A DNA stretch of 63,275 nt, filler included, from Octopus bimaculoides (GCF_001194135.2; 8 parts of 7 records of this genome joined end to end with filler, not necessarily neighbours in it); one strand, 5' to 3'. Positions 1 to 14,672 are shown, counted from the first letter of the whole stretch. The notes: a model not told the origin generated them from the letters alone. Numbers and translations: made by a program.

Positions 1-47
1 TATCCATCTATCTATCCATCAATCCATCTATCTATCTATCTATCTAA

Positions 48-108
<61 letters not shown>

Positions 109-581
109 CATCCATCCATCCATCTATTCAGATACCCTTTCTCTGTTTCATTTCCTAAGTCGAACTCTCCTAACCTTTCCAGACTGATCATTTCATCAAC
201 TCTTCTTAAAAACAAGCATTTTCTTTCTTCCTTCCTTTCTATCTTTCCATCTTTCTTCCTTCCTTTCTTTCTTTCTTTCTTTCTTTCTTTGTTTCTTTGT
301 TTGTTTCTTTCTTTCTTTCTTCCTTTCTTATATGTCCATTGTTATAATATTCTGTATAAATTATTATGGTTGTTATTGACGCTGATATTGTTTTTGTTGT
401 TGGTGGAAATGTTTTCATTTTTTTTTTGTTTCTTCAGTCATTAAAGCCTTCTTCTTCTTCTTCTTCTTCTTCTTCTTCTTCTTCTTCTTCTTCTTCTTCT
501 TCTTCTTCTTCTTCTTCTTCTTCTTCTTCTTCTTCTTTCCCTTCATGATGATGGCGATCACAGTTGTCACTGCTGTTATTG

Positions 582-632
<51 letters not shown>

Positions 633-700
633 CATTATTATTATTATTATTATTATTATCATTATTATTATTATTATTGTTGGTGTTATGTTGGTAAATT
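1..700. repeat. Compound microsatellite block (TATC)n, (TTTC)n, (TTC)n, (ATT)n; similar (CA)n, (TA)n, (TC)n, (AAT)n tracts occur throughout the window
   Basis: Direct reading; these tracts explain the poly-S/Y/I/HT/CV ORFs in the track. Confidence 0.95.
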
Positions 701-1178
701 TAGCAAACCTATTTCTATGAGACATCACAGTTGTTATCCTACAATCCACATGGGAACAACAACATTTACCAAACTTGCAAGAGATGGTTTTTTTATACAC
801 GCACACACACACACGCGCACACACACACACACACANNNNNNNNNNNNNNNNNNNNNNNNNNNNNNNNNNNNNNNNNNNNNNNNNNNNNNNNNNNNNNNNN
901 NNNNNNNNNNNNNNNNNNNNNNNNNNNNNNNNNNNNNNNNNNNNNNNNNNNNNNNNNNNNNNNNNNNNNNNNNNNNNNNNNNNNNNNNNNNNNNNNNNNN
1001 NNNNNNNNNNNNNNNNNNNNNNNNNNNNNNNNNNNNNNNNNNNNNNNNNNNNNNNNNNNNNNNNNNNNNNNNNNNNNNNNNNNNNNNNNNNNNNNNNNNN
1101 NNNNNNNNNNNNNNNNNNNNNNNNNNNNNNNNNNNNNNNNNNNNNNNNNNNNNNNNNNNNNNNNNNNNNNNNNNNNNN

Positions 1179-1214
<36 letters not shown>

Positions 1215-1703
1215 CCTATATATAATATATATATATAAAATATATGCATACATACATACATCTATAATTATATATATATATGTACTCATGCACACATATG
1301 TGTTGAGGGTGGGAAACTGAAGATACAGAGATGGGGAAAGAGAGGAAGAAAGGAGAGAGACAGTGAGTAAACAAAATACTTTTACGACAAAAACAACATA
1401 CATCCAAGACGTAGACACAATGCATAAGAGAGAAACAAAACCAACGGCGAAACCACCACCACCACCACAACAACAACAACAACAGTTACTTCTACTACCA
1501 CTGTTAGTCGTATATATTTTTTGTGTATACTATACAAGTCATATTTGCAGTAGCCATGTCTTTCGAAAACGCTTAGAACGATTTCAGTTTTTTGTCTCTG
1601 TTAGATTTCTTGCATAAAAAGCTTGCATGTCTGTTCCTAACAATCCTTTTTGCTGATTATATTGGTGTCAAACGTATATATGTATATATATATCTTGGTA
1701 TCA

Positions 1704-1747
<44 letters not shown>

Positions 1748-3704
1748 TGTTTGTGTGTGTGTATTTATATAAATGTATATACATATAGAAAACTAGCATT
1801 TGTATCTAGGATTATACATGTATCTCCACTCACACATACATTCACTCACTCACACATACATACACACACATATATAAATATGAGATTATGTAAAATTAGA
1901 ATATTCAACGTGTTCATTGGTAGATTGTTGGGTCAGTTATTAAGATCAGCAGAATAAATTTTGGATGCGAATAATACAAAATATGTTGAAGTTTCCAGAA
2001 CGTAGAAAGGCGAGAAGGTTCGACTGAGCACTATAAATAAATGAATGAATAAATAAATAAATAAAAATGCATTTGATTTTGATCGCAAGAATCTCTGTTC
2101 GTGTATATATTTGGGAAATTTTGCATTCTTACTTTTGGTACTTTTTTTATTCCCTTTCGTGCTGAATACTGCACATCGATTGGTCCATCTTTGGACGGTT
2201 CCAGTACTATATAGTAAGACAAGAGAGTAACGCCATAAGTAGGAGAGGTTAGGAAAGTAAAGGAGGAGCGTGAAATACTGAAACTGAATAAATGAAGGCC
2301 AAATGTCAAGATCCCCTTCGGCGATGAATAACCATGGGATTGCACCTAGAAAGTTCCCCTTCGAGGCACAAGTCCAAACAAACTGCTGTTTATGGAAGAC
2401 CAGCAGTCGCATATGCATATCACGCCACCGATGTTATCCAAGGGAAAGACAAAATGCCGATACTGCTTGGCACCAGTGACGTCACAACTCATTTCTACAG
2501 CTGAGTAAATTGGAGCAATGTGAAATAAAGTGTCTTGCTCAAGAACATAACACAAAGCCTGGTCCAGGAATGGAACTCACTATCCCATGATAGTGAGACC
2601 GATGCTGTAACCACTGAGTCATGCGCCTTCGCTTAAGAGAAGTTAGAAAATGTTAGAGAAGTTAGAAAGTGTTTCCCTATAAAAAAAAGTTTACTGATTA
2701 GTGCATGTTTTCACAAAGGCATTTTTTTTTCTATAAAAAAAGAAAAATCATATTTTACTAACCGGTTTACGCTGTTTTCATTTCAGAAAGTTTAAAGTAT
2801 GTTCTTCAACGTGACTTTTTCCCACGTGGTGGAAGAAACACGTGTAACTGATTTTAGATAGATNNNNNNNNNNNNNNNNNNNNNNNNNNNNNNNNNNNNN
2901 NNNNNNNNNNNNNNNNNNNNNNNNNNNNNNNNNNNNNNNNNNNNNNNNNNNNNNNNNNNNNNNNNNNNNNNNNNNNNNNNNNNNNNNNNNNNNNNNNNNN
3001 NNNNNNNNNNNNNNNNNNNNNNNNNNNNNNNNNNNNNNNNNNNNNNNNNNNNNNNNNNNNNNNNNNNNNNNNNNNNNNNNNNNNNNNNNNNNNNNNNNNN
3101 NNNNNNNNNNNNNNNNNNNNNNNNNNNNNNNNNNNNNNNNNNNNNNNNNNNNNNNNNNNNNNNNNNNNNNNNNNNNNNNNNNNNNNNNNNNNNNNNNNNN
3201 NNNNNNNNNNNNNNNNNNNNNNNNNNNNNNNNNNNNNNNNNNNNNNNNNNNNNNNNNNNNNNNNNNNNNNNNNNNNNNNNNNNNNNNNNNNNNNNNNNNN
3301 NNNNNNNNNNNNNNNNNNNNNNNNNNNNNNNNNNNNNNNNNNNNNNNNNNNNNNNNNNNNNNNNNNNNNNNNNNNNNNNNNNNNNNNNNNNNNNNNNNNN
3401 NNNNNNNNNNNNNNNNNNNNNNNNNNNNNNNNNNNNNNNNNNNNNNNNNNNNNNNNNNNNNNNNNNNNNNNNNNNNNNNNNNNNNNNNNNNNNNNNNNNN
3501 NNNNNNNNNNNNNNNNNNNNNNNNNNNNNNNNNNNNNNNNNNNNNNNNNNNNNNNNNNNNNNNNNNNNNNNNNNNNNNNNNNNNNNNNNNNNNNNNNNNN
3601 NNNNNNNNNNNNNNNNNNNNNNNNNNNNNNNNNNNNNNNNNNNNNNNNNNNNNNNNNNNNNNNNNNNNNNNNNNNNNNNNNNNNNNNNNNNNNNNNNNNN
3701 NNNN

Positions 3705-3738
<34 letters not shown>

Positions 3739-5140
3739 CTTGATATCTGCATTGATTTAAAGATTGTATATATTAATGCAAACATGCAGACGTGTAAATT
3801 TATTATTTATTATAAAATTAAGAAGCTTTTATTGAGTAAAACTGGATTAGTTGAATCCATATATTGTGACTTAAATGTATGTATGTATGTATGTGTGTGT
3901 GTATGTGTTCGTATTATCTGTGTGTATTTGTATGCATTATACACCATACACACATATATATATGAATATAGATATATTCTCTATTTCTCTTCAAATTTTA
4001 CTCTCTAACGTTATTAAAATATAAAGGAACCGGTTTAAATTCAGCCATACTCTAATACGACGCGTTATATAAAATCAGTGATATATAAAAAGCGAAATCT
4101 GCTATCAGATAAACGTAATGCAATCAAAGTACGTTTAGACTGAGACCAAAATAATTTTATTACATGTATTGTTGTCTACAAATAGGTAGTAGTACAAATT
4201 ATGTTATATTACTAACCAGGAATAAAAAGAAATATATTGGAACATAATTTATTTCAAATTTTGGTGACTACTATAAGTACTAGCTCAAATCATATTGAAA
4301 TTGTGAGAATATATAAATACACTCATACCTATAAGTCCATAACAAAACAATTTAATTCAGCTCTAAAATTAATAGTGTATAATATAATGAAATACTGGCC
4401 GCCTATGGAGCGAACAATGCATTCATATACATAGGTACATAACATAATTTCTTTCAGATACTGTTTGGCATACTATATACCAGTGCAACATGCATTTAAA
4501 TGTAGTTTAAAAACAAGTATGGCCGAATGGTTAAGAATTTTCCTTTTACATTCATGAGGCTTTGAGCTCAAATTCGCTTCATAGCATTTTCAGCAAGTGA
4601 TTATTTTATCATAGTTTCTGCTCTACCCGAGTCTGATGAGTAAGATTGGAAGGACGGAAACTGCGGAAGCTCGCCAGATGGATTGTACTTGGAATTCAAA
4701 GGTACAGCAGAATAAGTAGATGTTTATTCTGCTCATGAATTATGTGAAGATTACAGGTCTCTGTGGATTACTCAGTCACTTACTTGCTAATTCAATGAAT
4801 ACATAGTTCAGCTGATCGAACAACTGAATACTCATCGTCAAAATCGACGAAGATCCATTTACTTGTTATGGCCAAGATCAAGTATTACCTTTTAATTTAC
4901 AGGCACATTTCACTCGACAGGCTTCTGTACAGTTTTCGTCAATCCACTTTTATAAAGTATGAGGAAACCCAAGGCTGTAAAAGCGACATTTGTTGAAGAT
5001 ATCTCGTTGTAGGATCGAACGTGTACTTCATTGTTGCAAAGCGAACTTCTTTGCACCGGACCGTTCGGCCATACTGCACCAAATGAGAGATGACACACAT
5101 CGAATAAACCATACATATTGAACAAACTCAGTATATTTTA

Positions 5141-5720
5141 TCTTTTACTTGTTTCAATCATTTGACTGCGGCCATGCAGGGGCACCGGCATGAAGAGTTT
5201 TAGTCGAACAAATCGACCCTGGTATGTATTTTTTAAAAGTTTGGTACTTATTCTATCGGTCTCTTTTGCCGAACCGATAAGTTACGGGGACATAAACACA
5301 CCAGCATCGGTTGTCAAACGGTGTTGGGGGGGGGGGACAAACACAGACACACAAACGTATACACACACATACATATATATACATATATACGACAAGCTTC
5401 TTTCAGTTTCCGTCTACCAAATCCACTCACAAGGCTTTGGTCGGCTCGAGGCTATAGTAGAAGACACTCGCCCAAGGTGCCACGCAGTGGGAATGAACCC
5501 GGAACCATGTGGTTGGTAAGCAAGCTACTTACCACACAGCCACTCCTATATACATATATATATATATGACGGGATTCCACACAGTTTCCGTCTACCAATT
5601 TCACTCACAAAACACTGGTCGGCCTGGGGATATATAGTTGAAGACATTCGGCCAAGGTGCTGTGCAATGGGGCTGAACCCGAAACTACGTCGTTACAAAG
5701 CGAGCTCCTTTACCTCAAGC
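5141..5720 (-). mobile_element. tRNA-headed SINE family A (full copy plus a partial tandem copy); other copies at about 2340-2632(-), 32205-32458(-), 33316-33640(+), 34294-34500(-), 45519-45970(+)
   Basis: Shared GGTTCCGGGTTCAGTCCCAC head, GGATTTGGTAGACGGAAACTGAAAGAAGC core and internal (CA/TA)n tract. Confidence 0.8.
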
Positions 5721-7213
5721 CATTTATATTATTGACACATATTTTATCGCCCATGACTAAATACAACATCAACGTTATATTCGGAACGAGAACCCATAAA
5801 GTAGAAACTTAAAATTACAATGCTTTCAGTTTGGTGCTTGAGAGAATCAACAACGTCCATAAGCTATAAGCCATGGAAATATTATCGCATTTCTACGCAG
5901 AGCCTGTCAGTCTGTATTCTCATATGTACTTGCATATTATGTGAATATGTCTGCAGAGAAGTGTTGTGTTTAGAGTCTGTGTTTTGTTTATGTCCGTGTT
6001 TCTGTATATGTGTGCATATGTATATATTTGTATAATTGTGTGTATATATATATATGTGTATATATGTGTATATGTATGTGTATATATGTGTGTGTATTTG
6101 TGTGCGTGTTCAAGTAAGGAAGAATTAGTTGGCAGTAGATCCCCAAATCATCGGATATTAATGAGCAATTAGTTGCCAAACGAGATCAGAAGTTAGATTT
6201 TAATTTCTGCTATTTGTCGATATCAACTTTACAGAGACGATGAACAGTTTTGCAACAAATCAATGGCTATATTTATTACGGTATATTACTCTAAATGTCC
6301 TAGAATGCCAAATAAGCAAACGCCTTTTTGGTCAAGCCAGCAAGGGAGTCTTAACATGATCACTCGAACTGCTAATACTAGCAGCTAAATCCTTCTCAAA
6401 TCATAACCTGCTGTCTTTTAAAAATCCCGAAAACAAAAGGGCGTCCGTATTAGGTATTGTGGTCGCAGATTAAAAATGATAGGATGAAGGAGGCTTTTGA
6501 CCATAGGTTTGCTCGATTACGAGTGATTTGAGACTAAACAACTATTACAGTAACTTCCTTTCGAAGTATCCAGTCGGATGATCGAGAATGGGAAATTCAA
6601 ATTACATTTAAGCTCCATCCTTCCTTCCATCTGTTCATCTTCTTCGCCCACTATTTCTAGTAGTGGGGTAGAATCCTCAGGCACCTCCTTCATAGGGTCC
6701 TATCAGAAGCAACTGTCTTTAGACTTTGCGGATGGATTCTCAAGTGTGACCAACTGAGACTATGACAATATCCTAGATTTAAGATGCTAGATACAATTAC
6801 TATTCGTACCACATTTATTTTCCTGTTACGATCGTTTCAGTAACAAATGGGTTAGATAATTCATATAACGTCTTGGAATCAATAGAAACGATGATTATGT
6901 AATATCGTGCGATATTGAATGGAAGCCAGTTCTGTCAACTCTTCATTACCGTGGAAACGGTGCAATGTTAAACAATTTATCTAACCCATCTGTTATTGAA
7001 ACAGCCACAACAGGATAATAAATGTGATACCAATATCTTCAGTTGTTTTATTCATTTTATGTTATAGTCTTCTGTTAACGTAAATCTCCTGGATTTTCAA
7101 TTTGTGTGGAATACTTTGTTTCATTGGATCGTTTCTTCTTTCATACAACTTTTTAGCCAGGATTCGTACGAGCGTTGACTGAGGTATTCGTTTGGATTTC
7201 ATGCATCCTCCAT

Positions 7214-7269
<56 letters not shown>

Positions 7270-7272
7270 CAT

Positions 7273-7308
<36 letters not shown>

Positions 7309-10300
7309 GTAAAAGGTTGAAGAGGAACACACGAGTAGATATATATGGAAAAAAAGACAAAGTAGAAAATGCTAAAATACTTTTATAAAGAACATTACAG
7401 AACCGGTTTCGATCCTTGAGATCTTTTCAACAGTAAATATGAATAATAGATTTTTGAAAAATTATTGAAAAATTAAATTTTGGTAAATTTAAAAGAAAAG
7501 TTTTTTTAAAGACATATTTGTATAGTGTTCAAGTAACAGCGGCATTTTTCTTGCTTCTGCCTGTCTCTGTCTCACTTGTTAACTCTTCACAAGAGTATTT
7601 TAGCATTTTCTTCTTTGTCTTTTTTCCATATATATATATATATGTATATACACGCACACACATGTATATATACACACACACATTTATATATATACATGCA
7701 CACATACGATCTGGGTATCCGAGTGTAGGAAGTTTGTAATCTTCAAGCAGTAAGCAGCAGGTACAGAGAAAAGAAAGTGGGCAGTATACCATAAGACATA
7801 ATAAAAAATTGTTAGCATAAACTTACACACTTCTTCGCAAATGATAGTTTCTATATAGCTCAGTGTTAGCAATTAATGTTGTTAAATATGCGAATAAAAT
7901 TCCCAATGTGTGTGTGTGTGTGTGTGCATGAGGGGATGCTGAATAAAATTGTATGGATGTTTAAATACGCTACTCTCCTAAATGTGTTTGAGAAGCAAGC
8001 CCCTTTCCACACAGCCACACTTGCGGCTAAATATAAATGTGTGTATATANNNNNNNNNNNNNNNNNNNNNNNNNNNNNNNNNNNNNNNNNNNNNNNNNNN
8101 NNNNNNNNNNNNNNNNNNNNNNNNNNNNNNNNNNNNNNNNNNNNNNNNNNNNNNNNNNNNNNNNNNNNNNNNNNNNNNNNNNNNNNNNNNNNNNNNNNNN
8201 NNNNNNNNNNNNNNNNNNNNNNNNNNNNNNNNNNNNNNNNNNNNNNNNNNNNNNNNNNNNNNNNNNNNNNNNNNNNNNNNNNNNNNNNNNNNNNNNNNNN
8301 NNNNNNNNNNNNNNNNNNNNNNNNNNNNNNNNNNNNNNNNNNNNNNNNNNNNNNNNNNNNNNNNNNNNNNNNNNNNNNNNNNNNNNNNNNNNNNNNNNNN
8401 NNNNNNNNNNNNNNNNNNNNNNNNNNNNNNNNNNNNNNNNNNNNNNNNNNNNNNNNNNNNNNNNNNNNNNNNNNNNNNNNNNNNNNNNNNNNNNNNNNNN
8501 NNNNNNNNNNNNNNNNNNNNNNNNNNNNNNNNNNNNNNNNNNNNNNNNNNNNNNNNNNNNNNNNNNNNNNNNNNNNNNNNNNNNNNNNNNNNNNNNNNNN
8601 NNNNNNNNNNNNNNNNNNNNNNNNNNNNNNNNNNNNNNNNNNNNNNNNNNNNNNNNNNNNNNNNNNNNNNNNNNNNNNNNNNNNNNNNNNNNNNNNNNNN
8701 NNNNNNNNNNNNNNNNNNNNNNNNNNNNNNNNNNNNNNNNNNNNNNNNNNNNNNNNNNNNNNNNNNNNNNNNNNNNNNNNNNNNNNNNNNNNNNNNNNNN
8801 NNNNNNNNNNNNNNNNNNNNNNNNNNNNNNNNNNNNNNNNNNNNNNNNNNNNNNNNNNNNNNNNNNNNNNNNNNNNNNNNNNNNNNNNNNNNNNNNNNNN
8901 NNNNNNNNNNNNNNNNNNNNNNNNNNNNNNNNNNNNNNNNNNNNNNNNNNNNNNNNNCTGTTTTGTCTGTAGCAATAATTTCATTTTGTTTAAGAGGATT
9001 AGTTGACGCCAGTTTTCTCTCTGGAGCAAAAGGAATATATTTCTTCTTATAGGATTTCGTATATCGTTCTTTCAAGCATAAGACTTAATCCTTTTTACTA
9101 GGAAAATTTATGGTTTTAGGTCAGCGGTCAAATAATTTATATTCGTAAATTGTTTTGTTAATTGATCGAAAAGAAAAGAAGCAAAGAAAAAGAAAAAAAA
9201 AAGGAAAAAGAAGGAAGAAAACACAGCGTTGTTTTGTGTAATAATGTATGAGAGAGAAAAGAGAGCTGACTTCTTGAAACAATCAATATGTTAAGTTCTG
9301 TATTGATTTTGCAACATTATATAAGTAATTAGTATACGCGTGCCATCAGAAACGACAGCTATTTTAGTTCAGCTTCGTTTTAGATCCAATTTGAGTTCCA
9401 GTTCCACTTTCAGATTCTTTCAAAGAATTATCCTTATAGTTTACAATATTTTATCTTTTCAGCGATTTTCGTTCGTGTTGTGTCTCGTTAATCTGCGATT
9501 TCTTTCAACTATGAAAGAGCAACGTAAAGGTACGAGCTGGCAGAATCGTTAACGCGTCCGATGAAATGCTTAGCGGCATTTTTTTCTAGTTCTATGCGTT
9601 TTAAGTTCAAATTCCTCCGATATCGACTTTGCATTTTACCCCTCTGGAGTGGAGAAAATATATAATATCAATCAAATACTGGAGTCGATGTAATCGACTA
9701 GTCCCCTTCCCTCCAAATTGTTGACCTTGTGCCAAAATTAGACAACATCATAACAAAGAAACATAAAAGTCGTGAATGAGGAGCATCGGAGAAAATGTTT
9801 TGCAATATTTCTTCCGGTTCTTTACGTTCTGAGTTCAATTCAAGCCAAGTTCAAGTTTGGTTTGCATACGTTCGGAGTTGATAAAATTATATACCAATCA
9901 AGTATTGAGGTTTCCCTTTAAAACCGCAGTCTTGTGCCTTAAAAGAGAAACCATTATTATGAGAGATATGTAAAGTCGGTGAGCAGAGTGTATTGTAATA
10001 ACATCAAAGTTTTGGATCTTTATGTTTTGAGGTCTATTCCCACCAATGCCAAATTTTCTTCTGAAGTCAATAAAATAAAGTGCCAGTCAAGTACTGAGAT
10101 AGATGGCGATCCCTGCAATCTAAATAGATATCTTTATGCCAAAATCAGAGCTTTTTTTTTTTAACTCATACTTCCGTGATCGATGAAGCACAGAGCTGTG
10201 GTATGACTAAATTTTTCATCCTCTGCAATGTGTGAGCTTGTGCCTTTCTTAGAAATGATTATGCCATGAAGAAATAATCAATACAACACTTTTTTCTTAA

Positions 10301-10713
10301 GAACAAAAAGGATTTTAGATTAAATTTGGCAGTGCTTGAAACAAACCAAATATACACAGAGTAAACAAATACAGCTTCGATTCCAGTTCACTAGCGCTGT
10401 TAGGGAATATCATAAACATATCATTTCCCATATATATATACACGCGCGCGCGCATACGCACACATGCATACACACACACATGACCCGCGTTAGGATCCTC
10501 ACTCGTATTATTATCAAACCGAGAGTCTAACTACAGTCCTCCCGTAGCACTTACATAGCCTTACCTGCCACCTTGGGTCTTCTGGATACCAATACCTCTC
10601 ATATATATNNNNNNNNNNNNNNNNNNNNNNNNNNNNNNNNNNNNNNNNNNNNNNNNNNNNNNNNNNNNNNNNNNNNNNNNNNNNNNNNNNNNNNNNNNNN
10701 NNNNNNNNNNNAT

Positions 10714-11036
10714 ATGGCAAATCCAAAATTTTATGATTAATTTATGATCATAATATGGCACACGTGGTGCCAGCATTGTTGTGAAAATCAGAGTCGAAAA
10801 ATCCTCTGAGAAAACCACCAATCACTGGAAAAATAACAAGTACAACAGAAACCGGGCTACGAGCAAAGAAATTAACTTAAGCATCTCGGCAGAAAGCCGT
10901 AGAATGAGGAAATAGATATCCCTAGATCAATTGTAGTGGTTGGTGGTTTTCTTTGAGAATTTTTTGACCCTGATTTTCACACAAATGCTGGTACCACGTG
11001 TGCCCTATTATAATTATAAAATTTTTGATTTGCCAT
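10714..11036. repeat. Imperfect ~110-bp inverted repeat (foldback/MITE-like)
   Basis: 10714-10826 is reverse-complementary to 10935-11036. Confidence 0.75.
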
Positions 11037-11203
11037 TTATCGGCTGTTGCTTGTTGGTCACCTATATTGTTGTTATTATTATTATTCATTTTACTAATGA
11101 TAATAATCAATAGTAATATCTATATGAATATTTTCGAATATTTATTCATTTAGTAATTTAATATACTGACACCGTTTTTGAATTTGGCGCTAGCTTTGCA
11201 ATG

Positions 11204-11598
11204 GTTACCAAGCACAACGAGTCGAGCAAAGTTTTTAACACTGCAGGATCTGGTAAGGATATCGAACATCGCATCCAATCAGGTCATGCCGCTTTTGGTC
11301 GTCTCAAAACCAGGGTCTTTTGCAACAAGGATCTGACATTCAAAACGAAGCTCACGGTCTATCGGGCTGTTGTCGTATCAACTCTGCTGTACGGGTGTGA
11401 AACCTGGACTGCTTATCGTAAGGACATGAAGAAACTAGAGCGCTTCCATCAATCCAAACTTCGCTCTATCCTGAACATCAACTGGGAAGATCGCATCACC
11501 AACAACTCTGTGCTTGAAAGATCAGGTCTCCTGAACATCGAAGCCTTGATCATTGAAAATCGTCTCCGATGGTCAGGTCACATCCATCGGATGAATGA
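11204..11598 (+). mobile_element. RTE-clade LINE fragment (end of the reverse transcriptase and thumb region)
   Basis: Translation RIQSGHAAFGRLKTRVF...KLTVYRAVVVSTLLYGCETWT...ENRLRWSGHIHRM is a typical RTE ORF segment. Confidence 0.9.
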
Positions 11599-12147
11599 AC
11601 ATACCAGAACACTCCATGAATTCAGCATATATCTATGTAAGAGGCGGACTTTTTCGAATTGCATCTCGGTACATGTGTTTTTTTCAGAATAAAATTCAGC
11701 ACTGAATATATTCTGATTATATCTATATTTCAATAATAGGATTAAGTCTTTGTAAGAATTTATCAAGTAGTTAGCNNNNNNNNNNNNNNNNNNNNNNNNN
11801 NNNNNNNNNNNNNNNNNNNNNNNNNNNNNNNNNNNNNNNNNNNNNNNNNNNNNNNNNNNNNNNNNNNNNNNNNNNNNNNNNNNNNNNNNNNNNNNNNNNN
11901 NNNNNNNNNNNNNNNNNNNNNNNNNNNNNNNNNNNNNNNNNNNNNNNNNNNNNNNNNNNNNNNNNNNNNNNNNNNNNNNNNNNNNNNNNNNNNNNNNNNN
12001 NNNNNNNNNNNNNNNNNNNNNNNNNNNNNNNNNNNNNNNNNNNNNNNNNNNNNNNNNNNNNNNNNNNNNNNNNNNNNNNNNNNNNNNNNNNNNNNNNNNN
12101 NNNNNNNNNNNNNNNNNNNNNTATATATATGTAAACATAACTTTTTC

Positions 12148-12310
12148 GGACGTGACCTGACTATCGGAGACGATATTCAATGATCAAGGCTTCGATGCTC
12201 AGGAGATCTGATCTTTCAAGCACAGAGTTGTTGGTGATGCGATCTTCCCAGTTGATGTTCAGGATAGAGCGAAGTTTGGATTGATGGAAGCGCTCTAGTT
12301 TCTTCATGTC
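12148..12310 (-). mobile_element. Second, inverted copy of part of the same RTE fragment
   Basis: Reverse complement of 11423-11585 with 5 mismatches in 163 nt (manual alignment). Confidence 0.9.
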
Positions 12311-12313
12311 TTG

Positions 12314-12730
12314 TTATTGTTATTGTTGTTAGGGACAGAGGAGCAAAGGTATGTACTATCATAGAGGTCAGCTGCCTTGTAGATATAACTATCTCTTTGA
12401 AAATCAAAGAAAAAGATGATATCTATGGACAACTACTTCGAAACCTCCAGCTTCTATATCCAGACTATGAATTAATATTCATACCAATGATAATTGGAGC
12501 ACTAGATTTCGTTAGTAAATGTTTAAAGGAGACTCTGGATAAACTGTGATTTTCAGAAAGAGAAATCGATCGGCTGATTCGTACATTACAAGTGCAATCT
12601 GTGAGTGGAACAGTAAAAATATGCAAGACTTTTCTCAAGTTCCAAATGTGAATTTGTCCCAAAGATAGAGCCTTGTATCTCTGTTGGAAACCGACTCCCT
12701 CCTCAGTGGAAGATTTATAAATATTAAAAA
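12314..12730 (+). mobile_element. 3' end of a restriction-like-endonuclease (RLE) non-LTR retrotransposon, with one in-frame stop
   Basis: IVIVVRDRGAKVCTIIEVSCLVD...EKDDIYGQL...IPMIIGAL...SVSGTVKICKTFLKFQM* (stop at 12649-12651), then a 3' UTR. Confidence 0.75.
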
Positions 12731-13644
12731 ATAGAAGAGACATACATACATGTGTATCTATATACATATATATGAGGGTAGTCACTTGTAGTTCGGAAAA
12801 GACGACTCCTCAATTTCTTGCTTAATGTTCATCTTGTCTGTGTTAGCCTGTTTATGGTGATGGAATGTTTGTGCTCTACATTACCTCACTGCTTCCATCA
12901 AATCCACATTGGCTGAACTGGTGCGCGGTGTACCACACTTCAGGTATCGAAGGGAATGCAAAGAGCAGCGTGAGATGAAGTGTTCGGCTCAAGAAGACAA
13001 TCAGTGAAATGAAACTACGATCTCGCAATCATGAGAGTAACATTCTAACCACTTGGCCATACGCCCTCGCACCCCCACACATGCACGCACGCACACACAC
13101 ACACACACACACGCATACATATACACACTGATGAAAATATACAGTCATATGAATTAATGGAAAGACAGGTAGAGAGATACCTGGACATGTATAAAGAGAG
13201 AAAAAGACGGAGTGGTCATGAAAAGAGTGTTGGAGAGAAAAATGATTATAGACCTGTATATGTCTGTATCTGTATATGAATGTGTTTTTTATATCTATGT
13301 ATGTCACTATGTTTACATCTATTATGTACGTATATCCGTGTCTTTATGTATGTATAAGTGTGTATTAATAAATATGTGTATCTCACTGGCTACATATGTG
13401 TGTATGCTTGCATGCATGTAATCTATATGTCTGTATTTATATGTGTGTACGTCTCTCTCTATACATACATATATATATATATAGCTGTATGTGTATATGT
13501 CTGTATCTATATATGAATGTAACTGCATCCTCACACAGACAAATATATGTCTATAACAATACGTGTGCGAATCTTTATTACATATATGTATATACATGTG
13601 TGTCTGACTATATATCTGAATTTGTATATATAAATATATATACT

Positions 13645-13675
<31 letters not shown>

Positions 13676-14097
13676 GTGTGTGTGTGAATGTACATGTATG
13701 TGGATGTATGTACGTGCATATATATTTATGTATTCCTCTATCTATAAATGCAAATATCTCTGTTTCCATCTGTATATGTCTCTATGTCTATTATCTATAT
13801 ACGTGTGCGCATATCTATACCTACATATGTTACCTCTAAAGATCTCCATTGAAACACTAACAAAAAGTAAAAAAAAAAAAACGAATCAAAAAACAAAAGT
13901 AAAAAAAAACAAAACATCATTTAGGAAAATTTTTCGTTTCTTTTCTGTACGAAAAATTTTCGAAGACAAGTAAAACCTGGTGTAACTTTTTGTACAGACC
14001 TAAACTAGTAATTTTCGTTCAGTTTCGGATTCAGCAGTACATTGTAGTTTTTCCATTTGCCATACATACATACATGCATACACACACGCACACATAC

Positions 14098-14197
14098 NNN
14101 NNNNNNNNNNNNNNNNNNNNNNNNNNNNNNNNNNNNNNNNNTTAATTAATTAANNNNNNNNNNNNNNNNNNNNNNNNNNNNNNNNNNNNNNNNNNNN
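14098..14197. other. Artificial scaffold-join linker N44-TTAATTAATTAA-N44; the 12-mer also occurs at 21959, 26787, 35922, 52415, 56559 and 58622
   Basis: The same 12-mer, with stops in all six frames, is centred in 100-nt N blocks seven times. Confidence 0.95.
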
Positions 14198-14249
<52 letters not shown>

Positions 14250-14672
14250 ATGAAAATAACACTTGTGGATTGTGTGTGGTGTGTGTACTGAATTAAACAA
14301 TTATATGGCTGTTCGTACAGTGATTTCATCAACACCAGTATTCAATTGCTACTTATTTTATTGACCACCGGGAAGATGAAAGGCAATGTCGACCTCGGCA
14401 GGATTTGAACTCAGTGCGTATTTCGTCCGTAAAGACGGACAAAATATCCTTTATACTCTAGGCACAAGACCTGAAGTTTTTTGGGAAGGAGGGGCCAGTC
14501 GATTAGATCGACACCAGTACGCAACTGGTACTTATTTCTTCAACTCCGAATGGATGAAAGGCAAAGGAGACCTCGCTGGAATTTGAATTCAGTGCGTATT
14601 TCGTCCAGTGTGTTAACGATTCTGCCATCTCACCGCCTTGTCTGTACACATATTGATATTTGCATTTATGTA

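Noticed and set aside
7827-7850. 24-nt minus-strand microexon candidate phase-compatible with 15313-15256
   Set aside because: No polypyrimidine tract, and too short to distinguish from chance.
564-9075. Long ORFs of 160-390 aa in the track (also at about 15.7, 18, 29-32, 55 and 62 kb)
   Set aside because: Composed of X from gaps and dinucleotide or trinucleotide repeats; no coding complexity.
14142-14153. Recurrent TTAATTAATTAA motif (7 copies)
   Set aside because: Always centred in N44/N44; a synthetic six-frame-stop linker, not a biological motif.
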